From: Thalia democratica
Lineage: Eukaryota
Direction of reading: 5' to 3'
NCBI GenBank assembly: GCA_965202585.1
Contig: OZ241834.1
Location: 34,348,001-34,412,000, forward strand
DNA: 64,000 nucleotides
This document shows positions 54,885 to 64,000 of the stretch, piece after piece. A model generated the notes under the pieces. It saw only the letters and a list, made by a program, of their open reading frames with translations. It did no database searches and was not told where the DNA came from. Each line of letters opens with the position of its first letter. Within the stretch, counting starts at the first letter, position 1. A program made the position numbers and the translations under genes.

Positions 54885-56336
54885 ATGCAAATATTTCTGA
54901 AACTATTCTGTGGTAAAACCATCACATTGGAAGTTGAAGCTTCTGACACCATTGAAAATGTCATGAATAAAGCTAATGAAAAAGGTTATATAAAAATGTT
55001 TGCACTATAGAATGACAATAAAATTTTGGTTTTGAATTGCTTTAGTTCTTTAAGTTGAAACTGAAAAGATAAATAAATTCAACTTAAAGGTTTACTTTTT
55101 ACTTAAAACTTTTTTTTTGCCAAATAGATAATACATTGTATTCAAATATAAACTTTTTACTTAGTTCTTTTCACTAATCTATACAATTTATGTTTGAAAT
55201 TTGAAAACTCAGGGTGTCAATTATATGAAGAATTTGTGACTTTTGGTCAACACAAATTGAAATATGGAAGAAATTCAAGACCTTTTACTCTGTCTGATTT
55301 TGGAGTTCGAAATGGATCAACTTTTTCTGAGGTGAGTATTTTACATGCATATTTCTCAATACAAGTTATAAAATGGGCTCAAAAGGGTTTGGTACAAGGA
55401 CCTGGTTTACGAAAAGTCCTTTCGGTTATCGAGCCAAAAGCTTAATGTCTAATCCAGAAGAAGTTATTTTTAAGGTGCTACCTTTTGTTTAATATAAACT
55501 GGTTTAGACTTTATTAGTAACTTTAAACATAATGTTTTGACATGCACTAATTTTTGATACTAAATAATGTTTATTATTTTTGTTACCTTATATTTGTGCT
55601 GACTATCAAAGTTATTGTCTTGAAAATAAAACTAACCACAGTCACTTCCTTATTAAATATAGGGATAGTCTTCAACAATTTTTATTTTAAGTATTTCAAA
55701 AAAAAATATATGAAAAACCTGTTTGGTTTAGAACAATTATTTGAATTACTTAAGACTTAAAACAGGTAAATGACAATCTAAATTTCAGCTTGAATTGTTT
55801 TCAATTTATAAACTGAAGTAGAAAAAAATTTAACATAAATTTATACTTTGCCTATAAAAGCTTTTGTTTAGTAGGTTCTCATTTTAAGCTAAAGAACAAC
55901 AAAAGTTTTGTTTGGAAAAATAAAACAACTTAGCTTTTATAAGTTAAAGAGTTATTTATGTTAAAAACTAGGATTAACTTTTTGTATCCTATTGAGTTTT
56001 TGATTATGACTTAAATTTAAATAAAATCTTATTAACAGAAAATGAAATTAATTGTGATGTCACTCACGGGTCACAACTTCACTTTGGAAGTTGAAGTTTC
56101 TAATACAGTTAAAGATATCAAAGATAATTTGGAAGGAAAAATGGGTAACTCTAACTTAAAAAATTGTGAAAATTTTTAAGATAACAGATTGAAGTAAATC
56201 TCTAACATTATTAGGGTGGTCGTCAGTGTACATTAAATATTTGATGATTTCTGGTGGTGTAAAATTACTTGACGAAAAAACACTGTCTTACTATTATATA
56301 CAGAACAACTCTAATCTTTATGTGGTGTTTAGGTAG
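54885..56336 (+). CDS. Di-ubiquitin-like protein, plus copy B (intact frame, 148 aa)
   Basis: Exons 54885-54984, 55213-55331, 56039-56144, 56215-56336. [148 protein letters not shown]. The upstream acceptor CAG seen in copy A is CAA here. Confidence 0.76.
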
Positions 56337-56629
56337 ATAAAGTAAAGAGGTTAGGTAAGTCTTATCAGATTGTCGTTTAAATAAAAAATAAAATATAATT
56401 TTATTGTCTATCAGGTAAGTTATTAGTATATCAGTAACATTAAGCTCATAAATTCATAATTTTGAAAAATTGATAAAAATTTGTTTAGTTTTCTCTGAAG
56501 TTGAAAAACTTATTATGTATATGTTTTAATTTGTTTTTAAGGTAAGTTGACTACACTTTAAAGCTTATAAGTTGATAAAACAATTATTTGTAGATAGACT
56601 TGGTACAAATTTTTATTAAATGTCTACAT

Positions 56630-56868
56630 CAGGGTTTCCAAAAAAGAGCCCTACATTATAGAAATAAAGCCATAAGCATCAAATGGGTCAAGTAGGGCCA
56701 TGGGGCCGTAAATTAAAACTTGCACTAGACATTCCAGATTTGATGATGAAAAGCAAAAAAAAGTTCTTAAGCGTATTTAATGGTTGCTTTTTGAAAAACT
56801 TTGTCGAATGGTCCAGCTTATTTTTTTCTTTAAGGGGCCTTATGAAATTATTTTTTTTTAAAGTTCTG
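56630..56868 (+). mobile_element. Degenerate hAT MITE (third paralogue)
   Basis: GTCTACAT|CAGGGTTTCC left end, an internal deletion relative to the other two copies, and a decayed right end. Confidence 0.72.
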
Positions 56869-59718
56869 GTCTATGCACTACATATTGTAAATTTTTACTT
56901 AATTAAACCTATCTAAAACAATGTTTTAACAGTTATTAATTGTTGTTCAGGGTAGACATCACGCAAGGAATATTTGAAGAAAATCTAATCAAAATATAGA
57001 ATGACTTAGTAAAATCACTGAATCTAAAATGAAGCTGAACTTACTGTGTTTTCTCGAGTTTGTTTAATATAAGTTATAGATTTGTGATTTTATGTAGTCC
57101 ATAAAAGTGTTTTATTTTGTATAAAGTGTTTGTTTTGTTTTACTTTGAACTGCATTAAACACAAAGTTCATAAACATGTGTTTTAGTTATATAAAATAAT
57201 ATACGTAAGGACCTATCTATACTGCTAAAATAATACAATTAAAAATATAACATTCAATTACTGTTTTCCCACTAAAAACTTGGGTGATCTTGAAAAATGT
57301 TCGTCTAAAATAAGTATAAGATTAAAATTGCTTAGTAATAGTTTAAATGCTAGAAAAGACATGACTGTTTAATAAAGAAACTGAGTTCATGTATTTTTTC
57401 ATGAATAAACTAAATTTAATATTTTTTAAATTTATTATTATATAAATTTACAACATATTTCATGTAAAAAGTTACCAGAAGTTTAATACATAAAACGTTA
57501 ATAAACATAAAATGATTACTTTTTTTACCAAAGCTATTCTTGTGTTCTTAATTATATGAAACATTTTAACTTTGAAAGGTTTTAAAACATAGCCAACGTT
57601 CATAAAATTTGATATTTTTTTTTTCATAATTGACAAAAAAATTTAATAATTTATGTTAAAATCCGTTTAAAGAAGTTAATATTAAATATTATATTACTAA
57701 TATTGTAGATGAAGAGTTTTTTTACTATATATTAGCTGTATCGAAAAACAGCCCAAAACCGTTATATAAAGAGAAACTAAAAACTAAAAAAGTTTAACAA
57801 CCAATATTAACATGACATATTTTTATTATACAATTATAAATGATTGGTGATAGTTTATTATGAATAAACAAAAAAATATTCATTATGACGGAAGAAAGTT
57901 TTTATTTAAGCAATTAGTACAATACTAAATATAACTTAAATATTAAAGAAAACCTTCTTTTAAGAAAAGTTTTATAGTTATATAAGTAAGAATGGTGGAA
58001 AATTTCTTATTTTATTTAGACTTATTAGATACGAAAACTTTAGAGCTGTATGTTATTTTATAACATCATACGTTTAAATTATTTTACGTTATTTTACATA
58101 TCAACGTTACCCCACACTAAAAAGTGAGTGATCTTGAAAAACGTTTGTTTAAAATAAGTATTAGATAAAAAGTGCTAGTTTTATATTTTCTTACATTTGT
58201 TAAAATAAAATAAAAAGTTTCACATATAAATTCATAATGACCAAAAATAGGTCAATTAAAAGACTTAAGAAACTTTTGTTTGTAATATTCATAAATATAA
58301 CAGTTTATTACTTGAAATCATAGAACAGTTTTTTTCTATAACTTTTTTACATTGTGTAGCTGTAATAAAGGAGTATTACAAAATTAATCAAATTTGGTTG
58401 TTCGTCAATTTTTAACCGTTTTCGTAAGTTACAAATTTATGTTAAAGTTTATTTGATAAAGAATATACAAACTTTAAAAGTTCACTTATTTATTTAATTT
58501 AGTCTTATAGCTTTATCTGTATTTAAACGTTTGGTCCTTGAAATAAACTATATCGAAATTCTTAGAGTGTATTAGTTTATTCCGATAATGCTCTTCAAAT
58601 AAAAAAATTAAGTAAATAAAATAATGAACAAATATGTAGTTTCTCATGCAAAATATTTTTTTAATACTGATGGAGAAAAAAAAGTTCAAATACCTTATAA
58701 GCTTTCTCAAAAAACTAACAAAAATGTTTAGACAAAAGTTACATGAAGTTAAATGAAAGTTTTGGGTTTCAACAGTTTATATAATATGTTGTAATTTTGG
58801 ATACTGAATTTAAAACTGACATCAAAGTTTTAATTTAATCTGTTAACTTTAAAAACAAATATAAACCTGATGTTATATTATTTTTCGAAGGAAAGTAATG
58901 ATTTATAACTGTTTTATAAACTAATAAAAGTATAAGGACAAACTATATTAGTACTAAAAACTAGTTTTTATTGGAAGTTTTACCAAAATAAGAAAAAATA
59001 GATGTTTTTTTTATAGTTATTTCACGTTTTTCAGCAGAAAACTCACGGAATTTAATAAGTTGCGAAAACTTTTTCTGGCGTGGCTTCTGGCTTACACCAT
59101 TAATAATTTAATTACCTTTAAAAAGAAATTTTAAAGTTTAAATAAAAAACTAAATGTTATGTTTCAAGTACGATTGCTTTAAAAATTTCTAAAGTGACTT
59201 ACTTTACATGTTAAGGTTTTTATTGACTAAACTAGTTTTGAAAAAAGATAGAATGTTATCTTTAGTAGTATTATTACGTCATAATAATGAACAAAACTGT
59301 GAATTTATTAAATCACTTAAAATTTTCTTACAGCATAGAAGCTTAAACATTTTTATCATAAAATGTTAGTGTTTAATATTGAAAAAATTTTGAATTTTTT
59401 CTTACGGAAACGGTCCGGATAAGTGAATAAGATCTGTACTAACAGATATAAAGTTATATTGTTAGTTACATTTTAGACATTTTATTACTATTTAATTAAA
59501 TATACTAACTTTATATTGTTTATACCGATTAAGATAACAATATTTTTTTTTTTTTTTAAATGTTTAATGTTTTTTCGTGTGAAAAGTACAACAAAACAAT
59601 CAGCTTAGTTAAATAAAAAATTCGATATATAACATAGTATCGTAGCAGTAAAAAACAAAATTTTGCAGATGAAAATAGATAACTCATACTGATCACTGCA
59701 ATAAGTGTGGAAATTTGT

Positions 59719-61391
<1,673 letters not shown>

Positions 61392-64000
61392 TTTTATTTT
61401 GAAAAGCTGTAAAGATTTTTGTATTTATAAATTAATTGCCCACAAAATGCTATCGGGTAAAACCAGTTATTTTACTTTCTTTGTAAGCAAATTAAATGAA
61501 TATAAGAAATCAAATAATATTTACTTTTAAAACGAAATTGCAACCAATAAACTAGTTTTAATTTTCAGATAACTGTTCCTATTGAACTTAATTTTTAATA
61601 AGTAATATGTTTTAAATACCAAAAGCACTTATTTGTTAAATCTATTGTCAGTAGTATAAATTAATCTACAATAATATTAAATTAAAAGTAAATTTATTTT
61701 CAACTTTTCTACATTGGAAAGTTTTATTATGAAGCAACATAATCTTGACCCATTAAATAAGTTTTTATGTCTATTCATCAGAAATTATGAACTGTATGTA
61801 TAATAAGTATTGACTTAACTGGTGTTTTAACTTTATAGTTTAATATTCAAAAATAACTTTTTGAATTTAAATACAGTAAAACTTATTATTGTTTAAACTT
61901 GTTTTGTACTTAGATGAAAAGTTTTTAAGAACCTATGATGAGAAATAATAACTTAAGAATTATCTTATGAAAACTGGTTACACTAAAAAAGTAGTATTAT
62001 CAACTTAAATAATAAAACATTTACTATTTTCATATAATTAAAGATTCTATAACAGAAATGATTCTATATTTTATTTTTTGAAGAGCTTATATAACTTTAA
62101 TACAAATAAGCGGATAAACTATTGTACTTGACTTGTCGTGGACAATAAGTTAAAAGGTATCCATGGTTGCAACTCGATAACCGAAAGGTTTTTTCGTGCA
62201 CCAGGTCCTAGGACCAAATATTTTGAGCGTATTTTATGTCGATCAATAAACTATATGATTAAAACGTTTGAAAAAAATAACTTACTGACACAAATGTAAA
62301 AATAATGTCTAAAAGTTATATAACATTTTATGATAAGTTTCATACTTTTGCTTGTACTGTGGTTTATTTTATATAAAGTTATCGATATCATTGACGTTTT
62401 ATTATTCAATCTACAAATTTTCCCTAGTATAAGTATTATTTATAACTGCTGAACCCAACTATTTAATCTTCGTAAATTTTTTGAGCTAGCTGATTGTAAT
62501 TTCAACAAACTTTTTTGTAAGTTGTACCGCTGTTCTTTGTTTTATTATTCAAAATAGCAAGTACTTGATATCAAAACTAAAATACAATTAATTGTGATTG
62601 AAAACATTTGTTTTAAATTTGTTCAGCTCCTAAAGTTTCACAATAAATAATGTTTTTGTATAAAAAAAGTGTTGTAGTAATATTGGATAGTTATAACTTG
62701 TCTTGGGCTCTAAATCAATTTATTTTTATAGATTTTATTCACACTCTGAATGACTTGCTTGTTTAAAAAAGTAGATAGTGTTTAAAAACTTATTCGTTAT
62801 TTAAACTTTGTCCCAGATTCATAAAAGAAAACTATTCTCGAACAATACAAAATATACAAAATACACACCGCAATCCGACTATAAATAATTTTTTTGCGAA
62901 GAAGTTTAAACTGTTTTATTTTGGCTTAAAATTATTGGTGGTACTATTTGTAAAAGTAAGCGTTATTTTGCCGTTATTGAACAACAAATTGATTTGCTTT
63001 ACTAAAACCTGATATTTTTATGTAAATTAGTTTAGTAAAATAAGTTGAGCTTTTGGAGTTCAATGTAAAAACTTTGCTCGTGTAAGCTTATTTTTAGTTT
63101 ACTGAGAGTTATAAAAATTTTTGTATACCCACAGTTCCAAACTTTTTTTCTTTATTTATTCACTACCACTGTTACCCCTAACCCTTGGTCGGCAAGCGGT
63201 TCTCGGATTTTACTGGGTTGCGCGGGTTGGAACTGATCGGTTCTCTAAAATTTTAGTTTATACACAGCAAAACAAAAACAAATATGTTGTTGATTTTTTT
63301 AATTAAATTCAAACTGAATCTTTTGCACTCTTTTCATACTGGTCGATACACTGATATTATATACTTGACTTCTTGTTATTGCAAGTTTACAAATAAAACT
63401 TTTTTTATTTGATTTAAAGTCCTATTTTTATTTACTATTTTACATTTTGAGTGTTACGTATTTTTTATACTATTAGCAGCTTTAGAACTCGACCTTTGAA
63501 TGCTCTTTGAATTAACTGCGAAAGCCTAACATTTTTTTCTACATTTTTTTTCATTAGTAGCTTTTACATAAAAATTGTAAAAGCATGTGGTGTACGACTG
63601 GATAACCAAAAGGTGTTTCGTTGACCAGGTCCTTAGACCATACTTTTTGTCAAAACTTATTTATTGTTCAATAACATATTAAAAACATATTACATAGTAT
63701 ATAGTTTAATTTTTAGGTTTTCTTAATTTTTCTTAATTGATTTAAAATTTTTATTTTCATCTCATAGGATGGTTCTTTATTATAATTGAAAAATTCTTTA
63801 TTATAAAATTTAATTCAAGTACATAACTAGTTCAAACTGAAATTCTATTGTAGTTAAATTTAATGAATTACTTTTGAATACAAAAGTATAAAGTTAAAAC
63901 ACCAGTACTGTCAATGCTTTTTATGTAATTCACGAATTCTTATGAATAGACAAAAAACTAATTCATTTAAAAAGACCAGATTAGGTTGTTCAATAAAAAC

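Overview
Very AT-rich, intron-containing eukaryotic DNA, probably animal. A Hydra-like cnidarian is plausible from composition and repeat style, but that is inference only. The window opens with the 3' end of a polyubiquitin gene in which each unit is split by a phase-1 intron at Gly35. The remaining ~58 kb is a rearranged tandem array of 13 ubiquitin-derived loci that the ORF track misses because the exons are only ~100-140 nt. Manual splicing gives a consistent four-exon (phase 1-0-1) model encoding ~150-aa tandem di-ubiquitin-like proteins. They have ISG15/FAT10/OASL-like architecture but no Gly-Gly at either the inter-domain junction or the C-terminus. Eight loci have intact frames (6 minus, 2 plus), two share a premature TAG, two are partial and one is a fragment at an inversion junction. 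The array was built by segmental duplication, inversion and mosaic exchange, and appears to continue past the right edge. Also present are hAT-type MITEs, a tRNA-derived SINE-like element, a ~96-nt near-perfect hairpin and a conserved, indel-polymorphic upstream element. All gene models come from sequence reading only; there is no expression evidence.
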